In this document: positions 1-15,000 of the stretch, piece by piece
Layout: every line of letters starts with the position of its first letter
How positions within the stretch are numbered: the stretch's first letter is position 1
Assembly: GCA_964016885.1 (NCBI GenBank)
Contig: OZ024741.1
Span: forward strand, 6,696,001 to 6,760,000
Direction: 5' to 3'
From: Eledone cirrhosa
Taxonomy: Eukaryota
DNA length: 64,000 nucleotides
Made by a program: the position numbers and the translations under genes
Notes under the pieces: generated by a model
Told to the model about the DNA's origin: nothing
The model's input: the letters and a program-made list of their open reading frames with translations, nothing else
Database searches by the model: none

Positions 1-3000
1 GCAGTTGTTAGTTGTATTTATTATATGTATATATAGTTGTGAGGTTCCTAGCAGTTGTTAGTTGTATTTATTACATGTATTTATAGTTGGGAGGTTCCTA
101 GCAGTTGTTAGTTGTGTTTATTATATGTATATATAGTTGTGAGGTTCCTAGCAGTTTTTAGTTGTATTTATCATATGTATATATAGTTGTGAGGTTCCTA
201 GCAGTTGTTAGTTGTATTATATGTATATATAGTGGTGAGGCTCCTAGCAGTTGTTAGTTGTATTTATTATATGTATATATAGATGTGAGGTTCCTTGCAG
301 TTGTTAGTTGTATTTATTATATGTATATATAGATGTGAGGTTCCTAGCAGTTGTTAGTTGTATTTATTATATGTATATATAGATGTGAGGTTCCTTGCAG
401 TTGTTAGTTGTATTTATTATATGTATATATAGTTGTGAGGTTCCTAGCAGTTGTTAGTTGTATTTATTATATGTATATATAGTTGTGAGGTTCCTAGCAG
501 TTGTTCATTGTATTTATTATATGTATTTATAGTTGTGAGGTTCCTAGCAGTTGTTAGTTGTATTTATTATATGTATTTATAGTTGTGTGGTTCCTAGCTG
601 TTTTTACTTGTATTTATTATGTATATATGGTTGTGAGGCTCCTAGCAGTTGTTAGTTGTATTTATTATATGTATATATAGTTGTGAAGTTCCTAGCTGTT
701 GTTAGTTGTATTTATTATATGTATATATAGTTGGGAGGTTCCTAGCAGTTGTTAGTTTTATTTATTATATGTATATATAGTTGTGAGGTTCCTAGCAGTT
801 GTTAGTTGTATTTATTATATGTATATATAGTTGTGAAGTTCCTAGCAGTTGTTAGTTGTATTTATTATATGTATATATAGTTGTGAGGTTCCTAGCAGTT
901 GTTAGTTGTATTTATTATATGTATATATAGTTGTGAGGTTCCTAGCAGTTGTTAGTTTTATTTATTATATGTATATATAGTTGTGAGGTTCCTAGCAGTT
1001 GTTAGTTGTATTTATTATATGTATATATAGTTGTGAAGTTCCTAGCAGTTGTTAGTTGTATTTATTATATGTATATATAGTTGTGAGGTTCCTAGCAGTT
1101 GTTAGTTGTATTTATTATATGTATATATAGTTGTGAGGTTCCTAGCAGTTGTTAGTTTTATTTATTATATGTATATATAGTTGTGAGGTTCCTAGCAGTT
1201 GTTAGTTGTATTTATTATATGTATTAATAGTTGTGTGGTTCCTAGCTGTTTTTACTTGTATTTATTATGTATATATGGTTGTGAGGCTCCTAGCAGTTGT
1301 TAGTTGTATTTATTATATGTATATATAGTTGTGAAGTTCCTAGCTGTTGTTAGTTGTATTTATTATATGTATATATAGTTGGGAGGTTCCTAGCAGTTGT
1401 TAGTTTTATTTATTATATGTATATATAGTTGTGAGGTTCCTAGCAGTTGTTAGTTGTATTTATTATATGTATATATAGTTGTGAAGTTCCTAGCAGTTGT
1501 TAGTTGTATTTATTATATGTATATATAGTTGTGAGGTTCCTAGCAGTTGTTAGTTGTATTTATTATATGTATATATAGTTGTGTGGTTCCTAGCTGTTTT
1601 TACTTGTATTTATTATGTATATATGGTTGTGAGGCTCCTAGCAGTTGTTAGTTGTATTTATTATATGTATATATAGTTGTGAAGTTCCTAGCTGTTGTTA
1701 GTTGTATTTATTATATGTATATATAGATGTGAGGTTCCTAGCAGTTGTTAGTTGTATTTATTATATGTATATATGGTTGTGAGCCTCCTAGCAGTTGTTA
1801 GTTGTATTATATGTATATATAGTTGTGTGGTTCCTAGCAGTTGTTAGTTGTATTTATTATATGTATATATAGTTGTGAGGTTCCTAGCAGTTGTTAGTTG
1901 TATTTATTATATGTATATATAGTTGTGAGGTTCCTAGCAGTTGTTAGTTTTATTTATTATATGTATATATAGTTGTGAAGTTCCTAGCTGTTGTTAGTTG
2001 TATTTATTATATGTATATATAGTTGTGAGGTTCCTAGCAGTTGTTAGTTGTATTTATTACATGTATTTATAGTTGGGAGGTTCCTAGCAGTTGTTAGTTG
2101 TGTTTATTATATGTATATATAGTTGTGAGGTTCCTAGCAGTTTTTAGTTGTATTTATCATATGTATATATAGTTGTGAGGTTCCTAGCAGTTGTTAGTTG
2201 TATTATATGTATATATAGTGGTGAGGCTCCTAGCAGTTGTTAGTTGTATTTATTATATGTATATATAGATGTGAGGTTCCTTGCAGTTGTTAGTTGTATT
2301 TATTATATGTATATATAGATGTGAGGTTCCTAGCAGTTGTTAGTTGTATTTATTATATGTATATATAGATGTGAGGTTCCTTGCAGTTGTTAGTTGTATT
2401 TATTATATGTATATATAGTTGTGAGGTTCCTAGCAGTTGTTAGTTGTATTTATTATATGTATATATAGTTGTGAGGTTCCTAGCAGTTGTTCATTGTATT
2501 TATTATATGTATTTATAGTTGTGTGGTTCCTAGCTGTTTTTACTTGTATTTATTATGTATATATGGTTGTGAGGCTCCTAGCAGTTGTTAGTTGTATTTA
2601 TTTTATGTATATATAGTTGTGAAGTTCCTAGCTGTTGTTAGTTGTATTTATTATATGTATATATAGTTGGGAGGTTCCTAGCAGTTGTTAGTTTTATTTA
2701 TTATATGTATATATAGTTGTGAGGTTCCTAGCAGTTGTTAGTTGTATTTATTATATGTATATATAGTTGTGAAGTTCCTAGCAGTTGTTAGTTGTATTTA
2801 TTATATGTATATATAGTTGTGAGGTTCCTAGCAGTTGTTAGTTGTATTTATTATATGTATATATAGTTGGGAGGTTCCTAGCAGTTGTTAGTTTTATTTA
2901 TTATATGTATATATAGTTGTGAGGTTCCTAGCAGTTGTTAGTTGTATTTATTATATGTATATATAGTTGTGAAGTTCCTAGCAGTTGTTAGTTGTATTTA

Positions 3001-6000
3001 TTATATGTATATATAGTTGTGAGGTTCCTAGCAGTTGTTAGTTGTATTTATTATATGTATATATAGTTGTGAGGTTCCTAGCAGTTGTTAGTTTTATTTA
3101 TTATATGTATATATAGTTGTGAGGTTCCTAGCAGTTGTTAGTTGTATTTATTATATGTATTTATAGTTGTGTGGTTCCTAGCTGTTTTTACTTGTATTTA
3201 TTATGTATATATGGTTGTGAGGCTCCTAGCAGTTGTTAGTTGTATTTATTATATGTATATATAGTTGTGAAGTTCCTAGCTGTTCTTAGTTGTATTTATT
3301 ATATGTATATATAGTTGGGAGGTTCCTAGCAGTTGTTAGTTTTATTTATTATATGTATATATAGTTGTGAGGTTCCTAGCAGTTGTTAGTTGTATTTATG
3401 ATACGTATATATAGTTGTTAGGTTCCTATCAGTTGTTAGTTGTATTTATTATATGTATTTATAGTTGTGAGGTTCCTAGCAGATGTCAGTTGTATTTATT
3501 ATATGTATATATAGTTGTGAGGTTCCTAGCAGTTGTTAGTTGTATTTATTATATGTATTTATAATTGGGAGGTTCCTAGCAGTTGTTAGTTGTGTTTATT
3601 ATATGTATCTATAGTTGTGAGGTTCCTAGCAGTTGTTAGTTGTATTTATTATATGTATATATAGATGTGAGGTTCCTAGCAGTTGTTAGTTGTATTTATT
3701 ATATGTATATATGGTTGTGAGCCTCCTAGCAGTTAGTTGTATTATATGTATATATAGTTGTGTGGTTCCTAGCAGTTGTTAGTTGTATTTATTATATGTA
3801 TATATAGTTGTGAGGTTCCTAGCAGTTGTTAGTTGTATTTATTATATGTATATATAGTTGTGAGGTTCCTAGCAGTTGTTAGTTTTATTTATTATATGTA
3901 TATATAGTTGTGAGGTTCCTAGCAGTTGTTAGTTGTATTTATTATATGTATATATAGTTGTGAGGTTCCTAGCAGTTGTTAGTTGTATTTATTACATGTA
4001 TTTATAGTTGGGAGGTTCCTAGCAGTTGTTAGTTGTGTTTATTATATGTATATATAGTTGTGAGGTTCCTAGCAGTTTTTAGTTGTATTTATCATATGTA
4101 TATATAGTTGTGAGGTTCCTAGCAGTTGTTAGTTGTATTATATGTATATATAGTGGTGAGGCTCCTAGCAGTTGTTAGTTGTATTTATTATATGTATATA
4201 TAGATGTGAGGTTCCTTGCAGTTGTTAGTTGTATTTATTATATGTATATATAGATGTGAGGTTCCTAGCAGTTGTTAGTTGTATTTATTATATGTATATA
4301 TAGATGTGAGGTTCCTTGCAGTTGTTAGTTGTATTTATTATATGTATATATAGTTGTGAGGTTCGTAGCAGTTGTTAGTTGTATTTATTATATGTATATA
4401 TAGTTGTGAGGTTCCTAGCAGTTGTTCATTGTATTTATTATATGTATTTATAGTTGTGAGGTTCCTAGCAGTTGTTAGTTGTATTTATTATATGTATTTA
4501 TAGTTGTGTGGTTCCTAGCTGTTTTTACTTGTATTTATTATGTATATATGGTTGTGAGGCTCCTAGCAGTTGTTAGTTGTATTTATTATATGTATATATA
4601 GTTGTGAAGTTCCTAGCTGTTGTTAGTTGTATTTATTATATGTATATATAGTTGGGAGGTTCCTAGCAGTTGTTAGTTTTATTTATTATATGTATATATA
4701 GTTGTGAGGTTCCTAGCAGTTGTTAGTTGTATTTATTATATGTATATATAGTTGTGAAGTTCCTAGCAGTTGTTAGTTGTATTTATTATATGTATATATA
4801 GTTGTGAGGTTCCTAGCAGTTGTTAGTTGTATTTATTATATGTATATATAGTTGTGAGGTTCCTAGCAGTTGTTAGTTTTATTTATTATATGTATATATA
4901 GTTGTGAGGTTCCTAGCAGTTGTTAGTTGTATTTATTATATGTATATATAGTTGTGAAGTTCCTAGCAGTTGTTAGTTGTATTTATTATATGTATATATA
5001 GTTGTGAGGTTCCTAGCAGTTGTTAGTTGTATTTATTATATGTATATATAGTTGTGAGGTTCCTAGCAGTTGTTAGTTTTATTTATCATATGTATATATA
5101 GTTGTGAGGTTCCTAGCAGTTGTTAGTTGTATTTATTATATGTATTTATAGTTGTGTGGTTCCTAGCTGTTTTTACTTGTATTTATTATGTATATATGGT
5201 TGTGAGGCTCCTAGCAGTTGTTAGTTGTATTTATTATATGTATATATAGTTGTGAAGTTCCTAGCTGTTGTTAGTTGTATTTATTATATGTATATATAGT
5301 TGGGAGGTTCCTAGCAGTTGTTAGTTTTATTTATTATATGTATATATAGTTGTGAGGTTCCTAGCAGTTGTTAGTTGTATTTATTATATGTATATATAGT
5401 TGTGAAGTTCCTAGCAGTTGTTAGTTGTATTTATTATATGTATATATAGTTTCGAGGTTCCTAGCAGTTGTTAGTTGTATTTATTATATGTATATATAGT
5501 TGTGTGGTTCCTAGCTGTTTTTACTTGTATTTATTATGTATATATGGTTGTGAGGCTCCTAGCAGTTGTTAGTTGTATTTATTATATGTATATATAGTTG
5601 TGAAGTTCCTAGCTGTTGTTAGTTGTATTTATTATATGTATATATAGATGTGAGGTTCCTAGCAGTTGTTAGTTGTATTTATTATATGTATATATGGTTG
5701 TGAGCCTCCTAGCAGTTGTTAGTTGTATTATATGTATATATAGTTGTGTGGTTCCTAGCAGTTGTTAGTTGTATTTATTATATGTATATATAGTTGTGAG
5801 GTTCCTAGCAGTTGTTAGTTGTATTTATTATATGTATATATAGTTGTGAGGTTCCTAGCAGTTGTTAGTTTTATTTATTATATGTATATATAGTTGTGAG
5901 GTTCCTAGCAGTTGTTAGTTGTATTTATTATATGTATATATAGTTGTGAGGTTCCTAGCAGTTGTTAGTTGTATTTATTACATGTATTTATAGTTGGGAG

Positions 6001-9000
6001 GTTCCTAGCAGTTGTTAGTTGTGTTTATTATATGTATATATAGTTGTGAGGTTCCTAGCAGTTTTTAGTTGTATTTATCATATGTATATATAGTTGTGAG
6101 GTTCCTAGCAGTTGTTAGTTGTATTATATGTATATATAGTGGTGAGGCTCCTAGCAGTTGTTAGTTGTATTTATTATATGTATATATAGATGTGAGGTTC
6201 CTTGCAGTTGTTAGTTGTATTTATTATATGTATATATAGATGTGAGGTTCCTAGCAGTTGTTAGTTGTATTTATTATATGTATATATAGATGTGAGGTTC
6301 CTTGCAGTTGTTAGTTGTATTTATTATATGTATATATAGTTGTGAGGTTCCTAGCAGTTGTTAGTTGTATTTATTATATGTATATATAGTTGTGAGGTTC
6401 CTAGCAGTTGTTCATTGTATTTATTATATGTATTTATAGTTGTGTGGTTCCTAGCTGTTTTTACTTGTATTTATTATGTATATATGGTTGTGAGGCTCCT
6501 AGCAGTTGTTAGTTGTATTTATTTTATGTATATATAGTTGTGAAGTTCCTAGCTGTTGTTAGTTGTATTTATTATATGTATATATAGTTGGGAGGTTCCT
6601 AGCAGTTGTTAGTTTTATTTATTATATGTATATATAGTTGTGAGGTTCCTAGCAGTTGTTAGTTGTATTTATTATATGTATATATAGTTGTGAAGTTCCT
6701 AGCAGTTGTTAGTTGTATTTATTATATGTATATATAGTTGTGAGGTTCCTAGCAGTTGTTAGTTGTATTTATTATATGTATATATAGTTGGGAGGTTCCT
6801 AGCAGTTGTTAGTTTTATTTATTATATGTATATATAGTTGTGAGGTTCCTAGCAGTTGTTAGTTGTATTTATTATATGTATATATAGTTGTGAAGTTCCT
6901 AGCAGTTGTTAGTTGTATTTATTATATGTATATATAGTTGTGAGGTTCCTAGCAGTTGTTAGTTGTATTTATTATATGTATATATAGTTGTGAGGTTCCT
7001 AGCAGTTGTTAGTTTTATTTATTATATGTATATATAGTTGTGAGGTTCCTAGCAGTTGTTAGTTGTATTTATTATATGTATTTATAGTTGTGTGGTTCCT
7101 AGCTGTTTTTACTTGTATTTATTATGTATATATGGTTGTGAGGCTCCTAGCAGTTGTTAGTTGTATTTATTATATGTATATATAGTTGTGAAGTTCCTAG
7201 CTGTTCTTAGTTGTATTTATTATATGTATATATAGTTGGGAGGTTCCTAGCAGTTGTTAGTTTTATTTATTATATGTATATATAGTTGTGAGGTTCCTAG
7301 CAGTTGTTAGTTGTATTTATGATACGTATATATAGTTGTTAGGTTCCTATCAGTTGTTAGTTGTATTTATTATATGTATTTATAGTTGTGAGGTTCCTAG
7401 CAGATGTCAGTTGTATTTATTATATGTATATATAGTTGTGAGGTTCCTAGCAGTTGTTAGTTGTATTTATTATATGTATTTATAATTGGGAGGTTCCTAG
7501 CAGTTGTTAGTTGTGTTTATTATATGTATCTATAGTTGTGAGGTTCCTAGCAGTTGTTAGTTGTATTTATTATATGTATATATAGATGTGAGGTTCCTAG
7601 CAGTTGTTAGTTGTATTTATTATATGTATATATGGTTGTGAGCCTCCTAGCAGTTAGTTGTATTATATGTATATATAGTTGTGTGGTTCCTAGCAGTTGT
7701 TAGTTGTATTTATTATATGTATATATAGTTGTGAGGTTCCTAGCAGTTGTTAGTTGTATTTATTATATGTATATATAGTTGTGAGGTTCCTAGCAGTTGT
7801 TAGTTTTATTTATTATATGTATATATAGTTGTGAGGTTCCTAGCAGTTGTTAGTTGTATTTATTATATGTATATATAGTTGTGAGGTTCCTAGCAGTTGT
7901 TAGTTGTATTTATTACATGTATTTATAGTTGGGAGGTTCCTAGCAGTTGTTAGTTGTGTTTATTATATGTATATATAGTTGTGAGGTTCCTAGCAGTTTT
8001 TAGTTGTATTTATCATATGTATATATAGTTGTGAGGTTCCTAGCAGTTGTTAGTTGTATTATATGTATATATAGTGGTGAGGCTCCTAGCAGTTGTTAGT
8101 TGTATTTATTATATGTATATATAGATGTGAGGTTCCTTGCAGTTGTTAGTTGTATTTATTATATGTATATATAGATGTGAGGTTCCTAGCAGTTGTTAGT
8201 TGTATTTATTATATGTATATATAGATGTGAGGTTCCTTGCAGTTGTTAGTTGTATTTATTATATGTATATATAGTTGTGAGGTTCCTAGCAGTTGTTAGT
8301 TGTATTTATTATATGTATATATAGTTGTGAGGTTCCTAGCAGTTGTTCATTGTATTTATTATATGTATTTATAGTTGTGAGGTTCCTAGCAGTTGTTAGT
8401 TGTATTTATTATATGTATTTATAGTTGTGTGCTTCCTAGCTGTTTTTACTTGTATTTATTATGTATATATGGTTGTGAGGCTCCTAGCAGTTGTTAGTTG
8501 TATTTATTATATGTATATATAGTTGTGAAGTTCCTAGCTGTTGTTAGTTGTATTTATTATATGTATATATAGTTGGGAGGTTCCTAGCAGTTGTTAGTTT
8601 TATTTATTATATGTATATATAGTTGTGAGGTTCCTAGCAGTTGTTAGTTGTATTTATTATATGTATATATAGTTGTGAAGTTCCTAGCAGTTGTTAGTTG
8701 TATTTATTATATGTATATATAGTTGTGAGGTTCCTAGCAGTTGTTAGTTGTATTTATTATATGTATATATAGTTGTGAGGTTCCTAGCAGTTGTTAGTTT
8801 TATTTATTATATGTATATATAGTTGTGAGGTTCCTAGCAGTTGTTAGTTGTATTTATTATATGTATATATAGTTGTGAAGTTCCTAGCAGTTGTTAGTTG
8901 TATTTATTATATGTATATATAGTTGTGAGGTTCCTAGCAGTTGTTAGTTGTATTTATTATATGTATATATAGTTGTGAGGTTCCTAGCAGTTGTTAGTTT

Positions 9001-12000
9001 TATTTATTATATGTATATATAGTTGTGAGGTTCCTAGCAGTTGTTAGTTGTATTTATTATATGTATTAATAGTTGTGTGGTTCCTAGCTGTTTTTACTTG
9101 TATTTATTATGTATATATGGTTGTGAGGCTCCTAGCAGTTGTTAGTTGTATTTATTATATGTATATATAGTTGTGAAGTTCCTAGCTGTTGTTAGTTGTA
9201 TTTATTATATGTATATATAGTTGGGAGGTTCCTAGCAGTTGTTAGTTTTATTTATTATATGTATATATAGTTGTGAGGTTCCTAGCAGTTGTTAGTTGTA
9301 TTTATTATATGTATATATAGTTGTGAAGTTCCTAGCAGTTGTTAGTTGTATTTATTATATGTATATATAGTTGTGAGGTTCCTAGCAGTTGTTAGTTGTA
9401 TTTATTATATGTATATATAGTTGTGTGGTTCCTAGCTGTTTTTACTTGTATTTATTATGTATATATGGTTGTGAGGCTCCTAGCAGTTGTTAGTTGTATT
9501 TATTATATGTATATATAGTTGTGAAGTTCCTAGCTGTTGTTAGTTGTATTTATTATATGTATATATAGATGTGAGGTTCCTAGCAGTTGTTAGTTGTATT
9601 TATTATATGTATATATGGTTGTGAGCCTCCTAGCAGTTGTTAGTTGTATTATATGTATATATAGTTGTGTGGTTCCTAGCAGTTGTTAGTTGTATTTATT
9701 ATATGTATATATAGTTGTGAGGTTCCTAGCAGTTGTTAGTTGTATTTATTATATGTATATATAGTTGTGAGGTTCCTAGCAGTTGTTAGTTTTATTTATT
9801 ATATGTATATATAGTTGTGAAGTTCCTAGCTGTTGTTAGTTGTATTTATTATATGTATATATAGTTGGGAGGTTCCTAGCAGTTGTTAGTTTTATTTATT
9901 ATATGTATATATAGTTGTGAGGTTCCTAGCAGTTGTTAGTTTTATTTATTATATGTATATATAGTTGTGAGGTTCCTAGCAGTTGTTAGTTGTATTTATT
10001 ATATGTATATATAGTTGTGAGGTTCCTAGCAGTTGTTAGTTGTATTTATTACATGTATTTATAGTTGGGAGGTTCCTAGCAGTTGTTAGTTGTGTTTATT
10101 ATATGTATATATAGTTGTGAGGTTCCTAGCAGTTTTTAGTTGTATTTATCATATGTATATATAGTTGTGAGGTTCCTAGCAGTTGTTAGTTGTATTATAT
10201 GTATATATAGTGGTGAGGCTCCTAGCAGTTGTTAGTTGTATTTATTATATGTATATATAGATGTGAGGTTCCTTGCAGTTGTTAGTTGTATTTATTATAT
10301 GTATATATAGATGTGAGGTTCCTAGCAGTTGTTAGTTGTATTTATTATATGTATATATAGATGTGAGGTTCCTTGCAGTTGTTAGTTGTATTTATTATAT
10401 GTATATATAGTTGTGAGGTTCCTAGCAGTTGTTAGTTGTATTTATTATATGTATATATAGTTGTGAGGTTCCTAGCAGTTGTTCATTGTATTTATTATAT
10501 GTATTTATAGTTGTGAGGTTCCTAGCAGTTGTTAGTTGTATTTATTATATGTATTTATAGTTGTGAGGTTCCTAGCAGTTGTTAGTTGTATTTATTATAT
10601 GTATTTATAGTTGTGTGGTTCCTAGCTGTTTTTACTTGTATTTATTATGTATATATGGTTGTGAGGCTCCTAGCAGTTGTTAGTTGTATTTATTTTATGT
10701 ATATATAGTTGTGAAGTTCCTAGCTGTTGTTAGTTGTATTTATTATATGTATATATAGTTGGGAGGTTCCTAGCAGTTGTTAGTTTTATTTATTATATGT
10801 ATATATAGTTGTGAGGTTCCTAGCAGTTGTTAGTTGTATTTATTATATGTATATATAGTTGTGAAGTTCCTAGCAGTTGTTAGTTGTATTTATTATATGT
10901 ATATATAGTTGTGAGGTTCCTAGCAGTTGTTAGTTGTATTTATTATATGTATATATAGTTGGGAGGTTCCTAGCAGTTGTTAGTTTTATTTATTATATGT
11001 ATATATAGTTGTGAGGTTCCTAGCAGTTGTTAGTTGTATTTATTATATGTATATATAGTTGTGAAGTTCCTAGCAGTTGTTAGTTGTATTTATTATATGT
11101 ATATATAGTTGTGAGGTTCCTAGCAGTTGTTAGTTGTATTTATTATATGTATATATAGTTGTGAGGTTCCTAGCAGTTGTTAGTTTTATTTATTATATGT
11201 ATATATAGTTGTGAGGTTCCTAGCAGTTGTTAGTTGTATTTATTATATGTATTTATAGTTGTGTGGTTCCTAGCTGTTTTTACTTGTATTTATTATGTAT
11301 ATATGGTTGTGAGGCTCCTAGCAGTTGTTAGTTGTATTTATTATATGTATATATAGTTGTGAAGTTCCTAGCTGTTCTTAGTTGTATTTATTATATGTAT
11401 ATATAGTTGGGAGGTTCCTAGCAGTTGTTAGTTTTATTTATTATATGTATATATAGTTGTGAGGTTCCTAGCAGTTGTTAGTTGTATTTATTATATGTAT
11501 ATATAGTTGTGAAGTTCCTAGCAGTTGTTAGTTGTATTTATTATATGTATATATAGTTGTGAGGTTCCTAGCAGTTGTTAGTTGTATTTATTATATGTAT
11601 ATATAGTTGTGAGGTTCCTAGCAGTTGTTAGTTTTATTTATTATATGTATATATAGTTGTGAGGTTCCTAGCAGTTGTTAGTTGTATTTATTATATGTAC
11701 TTATAGTTGTGAGGTTCCTAGCAGTTGTTAGTTGTATTTATTATATGTACTTATAGTTGTGAGGTTCCTAGCAGTTGTTAGTTGTATTTATCATATGTAT
11801 AGATAGTTGTGAGGTTCCTAGCAGTTGTTCATTGTATTTATTATATGTATTTATAGTTGTGAGGTTCCTAGCAGTTGTTAGTTGTATTTATTATATGTAT
11901 TTATAGTTGTGTGGTTCCTAGCAGTTGTTAGTTGTATTTATTATATGTATATCTAGTTGTGAGGTTCCTAGCAGTTTTTAGTTATATTTATATGTATATA

Positions 12001-15000
12001 TAGTTGTGAGGTTCCCAGCAGTTGTTAGTTGTATTTATATGTATATATGGTTGTGAGCCTCCTAGCAGTTTTTAGTTGTATTATATGTATATATAGTGGT
12101 GTGGCTCCTAGCAGTTGTTAGTTGTATTTATTATATGTATATATAGTTGTGAGGTTCCTAGCAGTTGTTAGTTGTATTATATGTATATATAGTTGTGTGG
12201 CTCCTAGCAGTTGTTAGTTGTATTTATTATATGTATATATAGTTGTGAGGCTCCTAGCAGTTGTTAGTTGTATTTATTATATGTACTTATAGTTGTGAGG
12301 TTCCTAGCAGTTGTTAGTTGTATTTATTATATGTATATATAGTTGTGAGGTTCCTAGCAGTTGTTCATTGTATTTATTATATGTATTTATAGTTGTGAGG
12401 TTCCTAGCAGTTGTTAATTGTATTTATTATATGTATATCTAGTTGTGAGGTTCCTAGCAGTTGTTAGTTGTATTTATTATATGTATTTATAGTTGTGTGG
12501 TTCCTAGCAGTTGTTAATTGTATTTATTATATGTATTTATAGTTGTGTGGTTCCTAGCAGTTGTTAATTGTATTTATTATATGTATATCTAGTTGTGAGG
12601 TTCCTAGCAGTTGTTAGTTGTATTTATTATATGTTCATATAGTTGTGAGGTTCCTAGCAGTTGTTAGTTGTATTTATTATATGTTCATATAGTTGTGAGG
12701 TTCCTAGCAGTTGTTCGTTGTATTTATTATATGTTCATATAGTTGTGAGGTTCCTAGCAGTTGTTAGTTGTATTTATTATATGTTCATATAGTTGTGAGG
12801 TTCCTAGCAGTTGTTAGTTGTATTATATGTATTTATAGTTGTGAGGTTCCTAGCAGTTGTTAGTTGTATTATATGTATATATAGTTGTGAGGTTCCTAGC
12901 AGTTGTTAGTTTTATTTATTATATGTATATATAGTTGTGAGGTTCCTAGCAGTTGTTAGTTGTATTTATTATATGTATATATAGTTGTGAAGTTCCTAGC
13001 AGTTGTTAGTTGTATTTATTATATGTATATATAGTTGTGAGGTTCCTAGCAGTTGTTAGTTGTATTTATTATATGTATATATAGTTGTGAGGTTCCTAGC
13101 AGTTGTTAGTTTTATTTATTATATGTATATATAGTTGTGAGGTTCCTAGCAGTTGTTAGTTGTATTTATTATATGTATATATAGTTGTGAGGTTCCTAGC
13201 AGTTGTTAGTTGTATTTATTACATGTATTTATAGTTGGGAGGTTCCTAGCAGTTGTTAGTTGTGTTTATTATATGTATATATAGTTGTGAGGTTCCTAGC
13301 AGTTTTTAGTTGTATTTATCATATGTATATATAGTTGTGAGGTTCCTAGCAGTTGTTAGTTGTATTATATGTATATATAGTGGTGAGGCTCCTAGCAGTT
13401 GTTAGTTGTATTTATTATATGTATATATAGATGTGAGGTTCCTTGCAGTTGTTAGTTGTATTTATTATATGTATATATAGATGTGAGGCTCCTAGCAGTT
13501 GTTAGTTGTATTTATTATATGTATATATAGTTGTGAGGTTCCTAGCAGTTGTTAGTTGTATTTATTATATGTATATATAGATGTGAGGTTCCTTGCAGTT
13601 GTTAGTTGTATTTATTATATGTATATATAGTTGTGAGGTTCCTAGCAGTTGTTCATTGTATTTATTATATGTATTTATAGTTGTGAGGTTCCTAGCAGTT
13701 GTTAGTTGTATTTATTATATGTATTTATAGTTGTGTGGTTCCTAGCTGTTTTTACTTGTATTTATTATGTATATATGGTTGTGAGGCTCCTAGCAGTTGT
13801 TAGTTGTATTTATTATATGTATATATAGTTGTGAAGTTCCTAGCTGTTGTTAGTTGTATTTATTATATGTATATATAGTTGGGAGGTTCCTAGCAGTTGT
13901 TAGTTGTATTTATATGTATATATGGTTGTGAGGCTCCTAGCAGTTGTTAGTTGTATTTATTATATGTATATATAGTTGTGAGGTTCGTAGCTGTTGTTAG
14001 TTGTATTTATTATATGTATATATAGTTGTGAGGTTCCTAGCTGTTGTTAGTTGTATTTATTATATGTATATATGGTTGTGAGGTTCCTAGCAGTTGTTAG
14101 TTGTATTTATTATATGTATCTATAGTTGTGAGGTTCCTAGCAGTTGTTAGTTGTTTATTATATGTATATATAGTTGTGAGGTTCTTAGCAGTTGTTAGTT
14201 GTGTTTATTATATGTATATATAGTTGTGAGGTTCCTAGCAGTTTTTAGTTGTAATTTTTATTGTATATATGGTTGTGAGCCTGCTAGCAGTTGTTAGTTG
14301 TATTATATGTATATATAGTTGTGAGGCTTCCAGCAGTTGTTAGTTGTATTTATTATATCTATATATAGTTATGAGGCTCCTAGCAGTTGTTAGTTGTATT
14401 ATATGTATATATAGTTGTGAGGCTCCTAGCTATTGTTAGTTGTATTTATTATATGTATATATAGTTGTGAGGCTCCTAGCTATTGTTAGTTGTATTTATT
14501 ATATGTATATATAGTTATGAGGCTCCTAGCAGTTGTTAGTTGTATTTATTATATGTATTTATAGTTGTGAGGTTCCTAGCAGTTGTTAGTTGTATTTATT
14601 AAATGTATTTTTAGTTGTGTGGTTCCTAGCAGTTGTTAGTTGTATTTATTATATGTATATATAGTTGTGAGGTTCCTAGCAGTTGTTAGTTGTATTTATT
14701 ATATGTATATCTAGTTGTGAGGTTCCTAGCAGTTTTTAGTTATATTTATATGTATATATAGTTGTGAGGTTCCCAGCAGTTGTTAGTTGTATTTATATGT
14801 ATATATGGTTGTGAGCCTCCTAGCAGTTTTTAGTTGTATTATATGTATATATAGTGGTGTGGCTCCTAGCAGTTGTTAGTTGTATTTATTATATGTATAT
14901 ATAGTTGTGAGGTTCCTAGCAGTTGTTAGTTGTATTTATTATATGTATATATAGTTGTGAGGTTCCTAGCAGTTGTTAGTTTTATTTATTATATGTATAT